The position numbers were made by a program, and so were the translations under genes. 39,874 bases of DNA from Deltaproteobacteria bacterium. GTDB lineage: Bacteria > Desulfobacterota > Dissulfuribacteria > Dissulfuribacterales > UBA3076. Position 1 is the first letter of the stretch. Every line of letters begins with the position of its first letter. Of this stretch, positions 31,758 through 39,874 are shown one piece after another. The stretch lies in contig JAGGRV010000431.1 in the NCBI GenBank assembly GCA_021159445.1, positions 1-39,874 on the forward strand, in the 5' to 3' direction. The notes beneath the pieces are model-generated. The model was not told the DNA's origin, searched no databases, and was given only the letters and a program-made list of their open reading frames with translations.

Positions 31758-32177
31758 CTATTTAGAGGTCTCAGGTTCCTTAACCCCGGTTACTGGTTCA
31801 GGAGCAGTTTCAACAGTCTCGGGAATTACAATAGTCTCAGTAGTTTCGACAGGTTCAGTAGCTTCAGGAATTGCAGTCTCAGCAGGTTCAACTGGTTCAG
31901 TAGTAACAGGACTGGTAGTTACCTCCACGTCCTGCATTATCGAATCCTCAACCCTGTGAGCTGACAAATAGGTAAGAACAAGAGCAAAAACCATAAAGGC
32001 TACTGCCAGTCCTGCAGTAATCTTGTGCAGAAAGGAGGCTGGTCCTGCACTGCCAAAAATGGTATCACTGGACCCGAACACAGCACCAATCTCAGCACCC
32101 TTGCCTTGCTGGAGCAAGACAGTAAGAACTAAGAGGATACATACAATAACGTAGACTACTATTAATATAGAATACAA
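31758..32177 (-). CDS. secG: Preprotein translocase subunit SecG with an acidic Pro/Glu/Thr-rich C-terminal extension
   Basis: The N-terminal 75 aa are typical of SecG (LLVLTVLLQQGKGAEIGAVFGSS..FGSAGPASFL). About 65 extra residues of degenerate TEPVE/ETVET repeats follow. Confidence 0.85.
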   Translation of the reverse strand: MYSILIVVYVIVCILLVLTVLLQQGKGAEIGAVFGSSDTIFGSAGPASFLHKITAGLAVAFMVFALVLTYLSAHRVEDSIMQDVEVTTSPVTTEPVEPAETAIPEATEPVETTETIVIPETVETAPEPVTGVKEPETSK

Positions 32178-32299
32178 AATATGTCCTTTATTCTAACAGA
32201 GAAAACCTGGCCCTCAGGGCCAAGTCAGAGTCAATAGGCTCTGCCGGCAGCAAGCCAAATCCGGGCCCTCTGGACCCGGATTCTTTACTCAGACACTAA

Positions 32300-33073
32300 T
32301 TAACTAATCCGGCAACTCACAATTTGACCAAAACTCCCGGGCTTGAGAGATGCACCGCCAACAAGAGCTCCGTCTACATCGGGGAGCGCCATTAATTCAT
32401 TAACATTTTCCGGTTTAACCGAACCACCATACAATATTCGAATTTGCCCTGCAATACCGAAATCGAAACGATCGGTAAGCCACGACCGGATATTGATGTG
32501 GGCATCCTGTGCCTGATCCGGGGTAGCTGTTTTACCTGTGCCGATTGCCCATACAGGTTCATAGGCAACTACTACTTTATCTGCTTCTTGGTTACCTACC
32601 CCTGAGAAGCCCGCCGATAACTGTTTTTCAAGTATCTCATTCGTAAGCCCGGCTTCTCTTTCCTCCAATTTTTCTCCGATACATAGGATTGGAAGCAAAT
32701 CATTTTCCAGGGCAGACTTGACCTTTAAGGAAATAAGGCTGTTTTCTTCTCCAAAAATATGCCTACGCTCTGAATGCCCGAGGATTACCCACTTGACTCC
32801 GAATTCCTTGAGCATGATAGATGATATTTCACCAGTGAAGCCGCCCTTTTGCTCAAAGTACATGTTCTGAGCTGCAAGGGACACAAGTTCACTTTCTTTA
32901 ATGATTTCACCGGCTGCTGAAAGGGCAGTAAATGGAGGTGCAATCACTATCTCTCTTTCCGTCAGGTAATTCACCAAGGGTAAAAAAACTTTAAGGAAAT
33001 CACGGGTCTCGGCCACGGTTTTATACATCTTCCAGTTAGCTGCTAAAACAGGTCTTCTTTTTGAAGAATTCAT
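32300..33073 (-). CDS. tpiA: Triosephosphate isomerase
   Basis: 257-aa ORF with AANWKMY, ILGHSERR, AYEPVWAIGTG and YGGSV motifs. Confidence 0.93.
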   Translation of the reverse strand: MNSSKRRPVLAANWKMYKTVAETRDFLKVFLPLVNYLTEREIVIAPPFTALSAAGEIIKESELVSLAAQNMYFEQKGGFTGEISSIMLKEFGVKWVILGHSERRHIFGEENSLISLKVKSALENDLLPILCIGEKLEEREAGLTNEILEKQLSAGFSGVGNQEADKVVVAYEPVWAIGTGKTATPDQAQDAHINIRSWLTDRFDFGIAGQIRILYGGSVKPENVNELMALPDVDGALVGGASLKPGSFGQIVSCRIS

Positions 33074-34263
33074 TTCTTGCTACACTCCTCAAGTGCCGTT
33101 ATGCCCGGCAGTTTTTTTCCTTCCAAAAGGTTGAGAAACGCCCCACCACCTGTGGACATATAAGATATGTTTTCTACTTCACCGGCCCTGTGGATAGCCA
33201 GATCAGTATCTCCTCCGCCTACAATGCTGAGGGCCTGACTGCTGCCGACTGCATGCGCCAGGGCCATTGTACCCTGGCTGAAGGAATCGAGCTCAAAGGC
33301 CCCCATTGGGCCATTCCACACTATGGTTTCGGCATTGTAAAGGGCTTCACTGAAAAGGTCTGACGTTGCAGGCCCTATGTCCAATGCCATCCAATCATCA
33401 GGAATTTCCTGGGTTGGGACGATCCTGGTCTCGGCGTTTGTGTCAAGATCCTGTGCTATGACGCAGTCAACAGGAAGGTAGAATTTAATACCTTTGTCTT
33501 TTGCCTGATCAATTAAGGCCCTAGCCGTGCCTGCCAGATCTTTCTCAGTAAGAGATTTTCCTATATCAATGCCTTGCGCTGCCAGGAACGTATTGGCCAT
33601 GGCCCCTCCGACTATCAGCTTATCCACCCGGTTCAGTATGTTTTTAATGGCCTCCAGCTTGCCAGATATCTTGGCCCCACCCAGAATGGCCACCAAAGGC
33701 CTGGCAGGTTCTTCCATGGCCTTTTTGAAGTATAAAAGTTCCTGCTTTATAAGAAAACCGGCTGCACATTCTTTAACCAGGCCGGGTACTCCGGTCACTG
33801 AGGCATGGGCCCGGTGCGATACCGCAAAGGCATCATTTATATATACATCAGCCATTTTTGCCAGGGCTCCCGCAAAGCCAGGGTCGTTTTTTGTTTCTCC
33901 TTGATGATATCTGAGGTTTTCAAGTAGCAGTACTTCTCCGTCTGACATGGAGTTGACCTGGTTCTCCACTTCATCTCCAATGCAGTCAGGGGCCAGAGAT
34001 ACCTCCCTGCCTGTCAGCTCTCCAAGACGCTTGGCCACTGGTCTCAGGCTAAATTTTTCTATCCTCTGTCCCTTTGGCCGGCCAAGATGCGAGCAGAGTA
34101 TCAGCCGTGCTCCAGCCTCTATGGCGTAACGTATGCTTGGCAGGGCCGCCCTGATACGGTTGTCGTCTGTGATATTGCCGGAATCGTCCAGGGGGGTGTT
34201 GAAGTCCGTCCTCATCAGGACCCTTTGGCCTTTCAGTGGAATCTCGTCTATGTATTTGATCAT
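33070..34263 (-). CDS. pgk: Phosphoglycerate kinase
   Basis: 397-aa ORF with VLMRTDFNTPL, SHLGRPKG, ILGGAKISGK and STGGGAFLNLLEG motifs. It overlaps tpiA by 4 nt. Confidence 0.93.
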   Translation of the reverse strand: MIKYIDEIPLKGQRVLMRTDFNTPLDDSGNITDDNRIRAALPSIRYAIEAGARLILCSHLGRPKGQRIEKFSLRPVAKRLGELTGREVSLAPDCIGDEVENQVNSMSDGEVLLLENLRYHQGETKNDPGFAGALAKMADVYINDAFAVSHRAHASVTGVPGLVKECAAGFLIKQELLYFKKAMEEPARPLVAILGGAKISGKLEAIKNILNRVDKLIVGGAMANTFLAAQGIDIGKSLTEKDLAGTARALIDQAKDKGIKFYLPVDCVIAQDLDTNAETRIVPTQEIPDDWMALDIGPATSDLFSEALYNAETIVWNGPMGAFELDSFSQGTMALAHAVGSSQALSIVGGGDTDLAIHRAGEVENISYMSTGGGAFLNLLEGKKLPGITALEECSKK

Positions 34264-34301
34264 TACAACATTTTCCCTTGCAAATCCCTATACCTAAATT
34301 T

Positions 34302-37300
34302 TTAAACCAGAGACATCTCTTCCTCTATCTGAGTGACATGCTTACCCATATATATCGAGCCGTTTCTGCCGTCAATACTCAAGAATTCACCGGAACGAAT
34401 AATGCTGTCGTGTAATCGCGCAAAACCCAGATTTTCAAAGACCTGGAGTTGCTTGCAGCCCACAATGCAGTTTTTGTCCAGACGAAATGCAATAATAGCT
34501 GCATGAGATGTCTGCCCTCCCTTTGCTGTGAGCAGGCCGTCTGTTAAAGTAATTTCCTTGATATCGTCCGGGACCGTGTCTGACCGGATCAGGATCAATG
34601 GGATTTTGGGCTCCTTCTCGCGGAAGGATTTAATCTCGGAGAGGGTGAACACGGCCTTCCCTGTCACGGCCCCTCCACTCACCCCAATGCCTCTACCCAG
34701 GTAGCTGGCCTCCAATTCTGCTGAGTGTACAAAAACCTGAACGATGTGTCGCTTCTTTGTGGTCATGTTTCGGCTCTGGAGTATAAAAAGCTGGTTGCTC
34801 TCCGGGCCTTCAAAGGTAAATTCTATCTCCTGGGGGTCCCATCTTTTTCCGTAGATGAGCTCTCTGGTCATGGATAACAAGCTATTGTAAATCTCCGGAA
34901 AATTTTTCTCCAGAATCATTTCGGAATCAAGCCCCATGGCCTTTTGCTGCTTTATTGAAATCGGATATGTAGTGACCAGGCCGCTTACAATGTCATCCCC
35001 CTGGTTGCCGGTGGTGAAGTCGCCCCACAGGCTGATACTGTCTATATGGTCAGTATGGATCGGCGTAAAGGCCACGCCGCTCCCAGAGGTTTCAGCAAGA
35101 TTTCCATAGGCCATGGCCTGCACTATTACAGCCGTGCCCCAATAATCAGACATTTCCATTATTTCCCTGTAATTTTTTGCTTTTTCAGACTCCCAGGATG
35201 TAAGAATCAGTCGTATGGCCATAAGGAGTTGCTCAAAAGGTTCCTTTTCCAGCTCCAGACCGTGGTCCAGCGTGGCTTGACGGTAAGCCAGGGCCAACTC
35301 TTTCATCTGGTCTCCGGTAAATTCCCTTTTCTGCTTTACTCCATACCGGCGCTTGTGATTACTAATGAGCTCGTTGAACATCTCACGGTCCAGATCAAAA
35401 GACATGGCCCATGATTGAACAAACCTGCGGTAGTTGTCCCAGGCAAACCAGGCATTACCGGTTTTTTTAGCCAGGCCTTCTATGATTTCAAGATTACTGC
35501 CCACATTTATGATTGTTGACATCATCCCCGGCATGGAAATGGCCGCTCCGCTCCTTACCGATAGGAGCAAGGGATTTGACTGGTCGCCAAATCTGCGCCC
35601 GGTTTGATGCTCTAACTCCCCAATGGCTTTCTGAAGCTGTGATCTGAATTCTCTGTATACACTGGGCAGTTTCCAGATAATCGGGTAACACCTGAACACC
35701 TCGGTTGTGACTATTACTCCTGGTGGAACCTGTACTCCCTCCTGTGCCAGGAGCACCAGGTTAAAGCCTTTATTGCCGAGGTGTATAAGGTTTTTTGTCT
35801 GTTCTTTCGGGCTGTGTATGGTACACAAAATCTGATTCGGATCATAGCTCAACATTAAGTCGAGTTCCTTGTGATCCAGTCTTTCTTTTTGCTCTCCAAG
35901 CACCTGATATACCCTGGCTATGAAGTTGTCCAGGTACTGTAGTCCAAAGGTGCGGGAGATAAGGTCTCTCAGGAACCACTCTGTTATCTGATGAATGAGC
36001 TGGGTCTCGTTTTCAGCCTCTTTTATAGCAGTCTTGTATTTTGGAAGAAGGTTGTGTTTGCCCAACTGGCGAATAATAAGAGAGATATTGTCCTGATGGG
36101 GGCTTATGTAATAGACATGGATAATGTCTTTAACCCCCTCAGACAGCCCTCTCACTACGTCCAGATACTGGGAAAAGGCAAATCGCCTGACCTCGAGGGA
36201 TTTTTCCAGCAAGGCGAGATGGGTGGCGAACTTCCTGGAATACACTCCGTCTAGCTGTACGGCTCTCCAAAAGAGGCGGAGGTACCTCAGGATGCGCACA
36301 AAGATAGCCCTTGAGATGAAGGTTGAATCTATCTCAGCTATCAGCCGTTCGAAGTAAATATTGGCCAGGTTCTCCAGACGGAAACTGAGGCTAAGGGCGT
36401 CAAATTTGCGCTCATGGTAACGGCCATACATTGAAGGAATATCCACTGTTATATGCCGCTTGTGGTATATGTCCTCCCTGATTTCAAATTGCTCTTTACT
36501 GAGAATAATACCCTTAAGGACATCAAGCTGGTCCAGGATTACCTCAAGACACCGCTCCGGATCGTCGTTTACATCCAGGATCTCAAGTACCTTGTCCAGT
36601 CCCTCAAAACCCAGATTTTTGGCCTCTTCCAGATGATGACGGATTTCCTGGGTGCCGAGCTTGTACTTATGGGCCTCAAGCCTGTACATCTGGATAAGAA
36701 GTTCAACACGCCTTCTCTCTTGATAGGGGATATCAGAGACTTGACACAAAATTTGAGAGAGCCGGTCCTTTTCCAAATTCAGCAGGCTATCTACATTGTG
36801 GGTAAATCGTTTGAGATCCAGCACATCTGCCAGATACCGTATGAGCCTGTGGACATGATCCACGTGAGGGCCATGGACAGGAACCTGCTCCAGCATCTCA
36901 GGGGGCAAGAAGGGGGCCAGACCTTCCTTTTGCCTGCTGAACCAGAAGCACAGAATGGCTTCAATAAAATCGACAATGCGGTTGTTGCTCTCAACATGGC
37001 TCTGTTTTCTCAGGAAATGGATAAGTATATCCTTGCGGTGAGATATCTCATCAAGCTCTGTTGACACATCCCTCAGGAGACCCTCTGCTCCTATTTCATT
37101 GAAGTAAACCGGCAGGACCTTGGTTAACTGTTTGACTAGATTGTAAGTCGGCTCTATGTCACAGTTCAATAATCTGCTGACGTCTTTCTGAAACAGGTCT
37201 GTATCCCGGATGCATGTGCCTGCCAGCTTAAGATTTATTATAAGGGCTGACAACAGGGTGCCGCAGACACTGGTTCTTTGTTCTACAAGTTTTAACCAGA

Positions 37301-38579
37301 CACGAATATTCTGCAGATGAGCAGGATCGCTCAAGATATGCCATTCGGCATCTACGCCCTTAATCCCAGGGGGTTGGAAGCCAAATCGGACTACCTGATT
37401 GAGAAAAAGCTCTATAAGCCTTGTGTCGTCCCTGCGGACTACTTCTGAACCCAGGGCCTCAATGCACTGAAGTGCAGTCCTTGGGAAATTGCCTACTTGC
37501 TGCTTTAGCAGCGCAAAGCTTCTGGAAAGGATCTCTTGAAGCTGCTTCAGGTCTGCAGTGCGTATAAGATACAAAAGGCTGCGGTTGATCTGTCGAAGTA
37601 TTTCCTCGTGGATCGTGGACAGGCCTTCTATTTCAATAAGATGGAATGGCAGCAGAAGGTATAATCCGGCCTCTTGATTGCGGGAAGCCTGCTCTTTTGA
37701 TGATACGGACGGGATTTGACACGACAAACGGCCTAGTTCCTGGACAATCTTTCTGTACTGATTCACTATATCCAGATAGCCTTGGCGCCTGGCCAGCTCC
37801 AAGACGTCTTTTTCCTTGAGAGGCGCTTTCCTTTCGATTTCCAGGTCTTCCAAAGAGGATTTGATCTGTTTATGCGAGACCGGCTCGATAAATCCCAGCG
37901 TATTTTTCAGATCTTCAGAATCCAGTTCCATGGAGAACTGTTCAATAGCGCTGTTTAGCCAGTTAACAGGGTCTTCTTGCTCAAGCCAGTACTGAGAGGT
38001 AGCTTTCTGAACTTCAACAAGAAGTCTTCCGGCTTCATCCCACAACTCTGAAGGAATTTTTTGTCCATCCAGGCGGTTGGAAAGATGCTGTATCAGGTGT
38101 GATACAGGGTGATAGCTCATGGCAACAGCCTTAATCACATGCGTATTGGATTCTTTGAGCTTGTGAAAGATATGTTCGATATCAGGCAGTATTGTCAGAA
38201 GTTTTTCAGTATCTACTTTTTGAATAATCTTTTCCAGAAAGGCCAGAAGTCCGTTTACGGCTTCGGTCTTTTGGCCATTTTCAGGGGCCTGGGAGATGAC
38301 ATCAGAGAAAGTGTCCAAAAGCACTCTGATGGCTTCAGGTCCCTGAGGCGAACGGCTGTAAGTAGCAAGATTCTTGAGGGCAAATGACCTCAGATCTCCG
38401 ATTACGATTTCCCAGTTGCGAAATGGATGGTGCAGCTCAAAGAGGAGGCTATCAACAGCCTTAATTATGCCCTGATAATCCTTGACTGCGTCCCGGAGAA
38501 CCTGGTAGCGGGAGTCAAACTCTATTTCCCGGACGGCTGTGGCCTCAAGATTTGCACGGAGGGCTTTCGATGCTATCAT
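34302..38579 (-). CDS. Large PPDK-derived protein: about 925-aa unrecognised N-terminal region plus the PPDK nucleotide-binding (ATP-grasp) domain and phosphohistidine swivel domain, with no PEP/pyruvate TIM-barrel
   Basis: 1425-aa ORF. The last 496 aa track pyruvate phosphate dikinase block by block (LLLSVRSGAAISMPGMMSTIINVG, WDNYRRFVQSW, DYWGTAVIVQAMAYGN, SGSGVAFT, QGDDIVSGL, QEIEFTFE..LFILQSRN, GGQTSHAAIIA). The protein ends about 65 aa after the catalytic His (codon 34503-34505). Confidence 0.85.
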   Translation of the reverse strand: MIASKALRANLEATAVREIEFDSRYQVLRDAVKDYQGIIKAVDSLLFELHHPFRNWEIVIGDLRSFALKNLATYSRSPQGPEAIRVLLDTFSDVISQAPENGQKTEAVNGLLAFLEKIIQKVDTEKLLTILPDIEHIFHKLKESNTHVIKAVAMSYHPVSHLIQHLSNRLDGQKIPSELWDEAGRLLVEVQKATSQYWLEQEDPVNWLNSAIEQFSMELDSEDLKNTLGFIEPVSHKQIKSSLEDLEIERKAPLKEKDVLELARRQGYLDIVNQYRKIVQELGRLSCQIPSVSSKEQASRNQEAGLYLLLPFHLIEIEGLSTIHEEILRQINRSLLYLIRTADLKQLQEILSRSFALLKQQVGNFPRTALQCIEALGSEVVRRDDTRLIELFLNQVVRFGFQPPGIKGVDAEWHILSDPAHLQNIRVWLKLVEQRTSVCGTLLSALIINLKLAGTCIRDTDLFQKDVSRLLNCDIEPTYNLVKQLTKVLPVYFNEIGAEGLLRDVSTELDEISHRKDILIHFLRKQSHVESNNRIVDFIEAILCFWFSRQKEGLAPFLPPEMLEQVPVHGPHVDHVHRLIRYLADVLDLKRFTHNVDSLLNLEKDRLSQILCQVSDIPYQERRRVELLIQMYRLEAHKYKLGTQEIRHHLEEAKNLGFEGLDKVLEILDVNDDPERCLEVILDQLDVLKGIILSKEQFEIREDIYHKRHITVDIPSMYGRYHERKFDALSLSFRLENLANIYFERLIAEIDSTFISRAIFVRILRYLRLFWRAVQLDGVYSRKFATHLALLEKSLEVRRFAFSQYLDVVRGLSEGVKDIIHVYYISPHQDNISLIIRQLGKHNLLPKYKTAIKEAENETQLIHQITEWFLRDLISRTFGLQYLDNFIARVYQVLGEQKERLDHKELDLMLSYDPNQILCTIHSPKEQTKNLIHLGNKGFNLVLLAQEGVQVPPGVIVTTEVFRCYPIIWKLPSVYREFRSQLQKAIGELEHQTGRRFGDQSNPLLLSVRSGAAISMPGMMSTIINVGSNLEIIEGLAKKTGNAWFAWDNYRRFVQSWAMSFDLDREMFNELISNHKRRYGVKQKREFTGDQMKELALAYRQATLDHGLELEKEPFEQLLMAIRLILTSWESEKAKNYREIMEMSDYWGTAVIVQAMAYGNLAETSGSGVAFTPIHTDHIDSISLWGDFTTGNQGDDIVSGLVTTYPISIKQQKAMGLDSEMILEKNFPEIYNSLLSMTRELIYGKRWDPQEIEFTFEGPESNQLFILQSRNMTTKKRHIVQVFVHSAELEASYLGRGIGVSGGAVTGKAVFTLSEIKSFREKEPKIPLILIRSDTVPDDIKEITLTDGLLTAKGGQTSHAAIIAFRLDKNCIVGCKQLQVFENLGFARLHDSIIRSGEFLSIDGRNGSIYMGKHVTQIEEEMSLV

Positions 38580-38602
38580 GTTTCTGCTACCTAAATTGGG
38601 CT

Positions 38603-38703
38603 ATTAACTGTTAGCTATTAGTTCAATGATTATAGCTAGTTTTGCTATACTAATCCGTGATAAACCATTTTTCAAAGCTAAATCCTAATGGCTAACAGCT
38701 AAT
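38603..38703. repeat. GCTAAC-word hairpin element between gap and the PPDK-derived gene
   Basis: attaactgttagctattag (38603-38621) is complementary to ctaatggctaacagctaat (38685-38703) at 17/19 positions, with a 63-nt spacer. Confidence 0.65.
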
Positions 38704-38719
38704 CGCTCATTAAGTGCCG

Positions 38720-39727
38720 TTAAAGGACCTTGTGAGCGTTCATGTGAAGGATCAGATCCAATACCCTGTTGGAGTACCCCCATTCATTGTCATACCATGA
38801 CATGACCTTGATCAACTTGTCCCCAATAACCTTGGTGCATCCGCCATCCACAATAGAGGACCTTGGGTCTCCCATGAAATCTGTGGAGACCAGGGGGTCG
38901 TCTGTGTATCCAAGGAAGCGGTTGGTAGCCGCCTTAATGGCCTCGTTTATTTCGGCTACTGTGGCACGTTTTTCCACCTGGGCCACAAGATCCACTATGG
39001 AGACGTTAGGGGTGGGCACACGGACTGCCAGGCCGTCAAATTTGCCTGTAAGCTCAGGAATGACTTTGCTCACTGCTGCTGCGGCACCGGTCTTGGTGGG
39101 AATCATGTTGACAGCAGCGGCTCTGGCCCGTCTGAGGTCGCTGTGGGGAAAATCAAGCAATCTTTGATCGTTTGTATAGGCGTGTACAGTAGTAATCAGC
39201 CCGGAAACTATACCAAATCTGTCCAGTATTACTTTGGCTACAGGGGCGAGACAGTTGGTGGTGCAGGAGGCGTTAGATACGATGTGGTGACTGGCTGGAT
39301 CGTAGTCGTCTTCATTGACCCCCATCACAATCGTGACGTCCTCATGCTTTGCAGGGGCTGTGATTACGACTTTTTGTGCTCCGGCCTCCAGATGCCCGCG
39401 TGCAAGATCCGCATCACTGAACCGTCCGGTAGCTTCAATTACGTATTCCACACCCATTTCCTGCCAAGGCAACTGGGATGGTTCCTTGATAGCTGTTATC
39501 CGAATATCTTTGCCGTCCACAACTATTCCCTGATCTGTGTCCTTCACATCAAGGGGGAATGTTCTCATTACAGAATCATACTTTAATATGTGAGCCAGCG
39601 TATGGGTGTTTGTCAGGTCATTTATGGCCTCAATTTCAATGGCTTCAAATTCTTTATATTGTTTAGAAGCCCTGAAAATGCTTCTTCCAATGCGTCCGAA
39701 ACCGTTGATGCCGACCTTAATAGTCAT
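38720..39727 (-). CDS. gap: Type I glyceraldehyde-3-phosphate dehydrogenase
   Basis: 335-aa ORF with INGFGRIGR, SNASCTTNCLAP and WYDNEWGYS motifs. Confidence 0.93.
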   Translation of the reverse strand: MTIKVGINGFGRIGRSIFRASKQYKEFEAIEIEAINDLTNTHTLAHILKYDSVMRTFPLDVKDTDQGIVVDGKDIRITAIKEPSQLPWQEMGVEYVIEATGRFSDADLARGHLEAGAQKVVITAPAKHEDVTIVMGVNEDDYDPASHHIVSNASCTTNCLAPVAKVILDRFGIVSGLITTVHAYTNDQRLLDFPHSDLRRARAAAVNMIPTKTGAAAAVSKVIPELTGKFDGLAVRVPTPNVSIVDLVAQVEKRATVAEINEAIKAATNRFLGYTDDPLVSTDFMGDPRSSIVDGGCTKVIGDKLIKVMSWYDNEWGYSNRVLDLILHMNAHKVL

Positions 39728-39773
39728 GTCTGAACCTCCTAGCAGCTAATATTCAAGCATTAATTATATTGGT

Positions 39774-39874
39774 TAGGAACGGGAGATAAATAAGTTGAAC
39801 AAAAATTAATAGGATTTTTTGTTGTATTCAAGGCGCGAGGAGCGAGCATAACGGGTTATGTGATCGACGAGCAA
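39774..39874. repeat. R2 palindromic element, copy b (cut by the window end)
   Basis: It is the reverse complement of 26009-26110 with a single mismatch (aatagg vs aacagg). It starts 46 nt upstream of the gap start codon. Confidence 0.85.

Noticed and set aside
31665-31964. Plus-strand ORFs (99 aa and 77 aa) over the tRNA and the secG tail
   Set aside because: They are antisense to a hand-foldable tRNA-Leu and to secG. Their Ser/Gly/Val-rich translation only mirrors the repeat periodicity of the secG tail.
36453-37064. 203-aa plus-strand ORF inside the 1425-aa gene
   Set aside because: It is antisense to a long uninterrupted ORF whose C-terminus has unambiguous PPDK motifs. It has no RBS and no motif support.

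Overview
The window is a chromosomal segment that looks like an anaerobic Desulfobacterota-type (deltaproteobacterial) genome. That taxon call is inferred from gene content only. No integrase, transposase, phage gene or CRISPR array was seen.

Gene content, left to right:
- folD and cooS, the Wood-Ljungdahl pair.
- A convergent nucleotide-sugar dehydrogenase.
- An ion-homeostasis block: an MscS channel, a CBS protein, a sigma54 activator, two stand-alone receivers and a PAS kinase. These are followed by an 11-gene Mrp-type antiporter cluster in Mbh-like gene order.
- A stand-alone cNMP-binding protein.
- A roughly 12.5 kb redox-signalling and cytochrome island.
- The housekeeping block gap-X-pgk-tpiA-secG-tRNA-Leu on the minus strand.

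Most interesting observations:
1. Two mirror-image paralogous modules, each a tetrahaem cytochrome c plus a sensor kinase. Each kinase carries a periplasmic CXXCH domain and a conserved cytoplasmic 7-Cys module. The modules flank a nonahaem cytochrome c / dihaem cytochrome b pair that looks like a split CbcL.
2. The 7-Cys module is inserted into the HAMP connector of one kinase but lies after the ATPase domain in the other.
3. X is a 1425-aa protein. Its C-terminal 500 aa are PPDK minus the PEP/pyruvate barrel and its N-terminal 925 aa are unrecognisable. It is wedged inside the gap-pgk-tpiA operon.
4. Two nearly identical sigma54 promoters, upstream of the mrp operon and the CBS gene, each have GGCA-N6-TGCC dyads upstream.
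5. There is a family of intergenic hairpin elements whose arms are locus-specific short-word repeats. This includes an inverted pair bracketing one cytochrome/kinase/regulator cassette, and a 159-nt palindromic element with a near-identical second copy 13.7 kb away.

All functional calls rest on motif recognition by eye. No database search was run.
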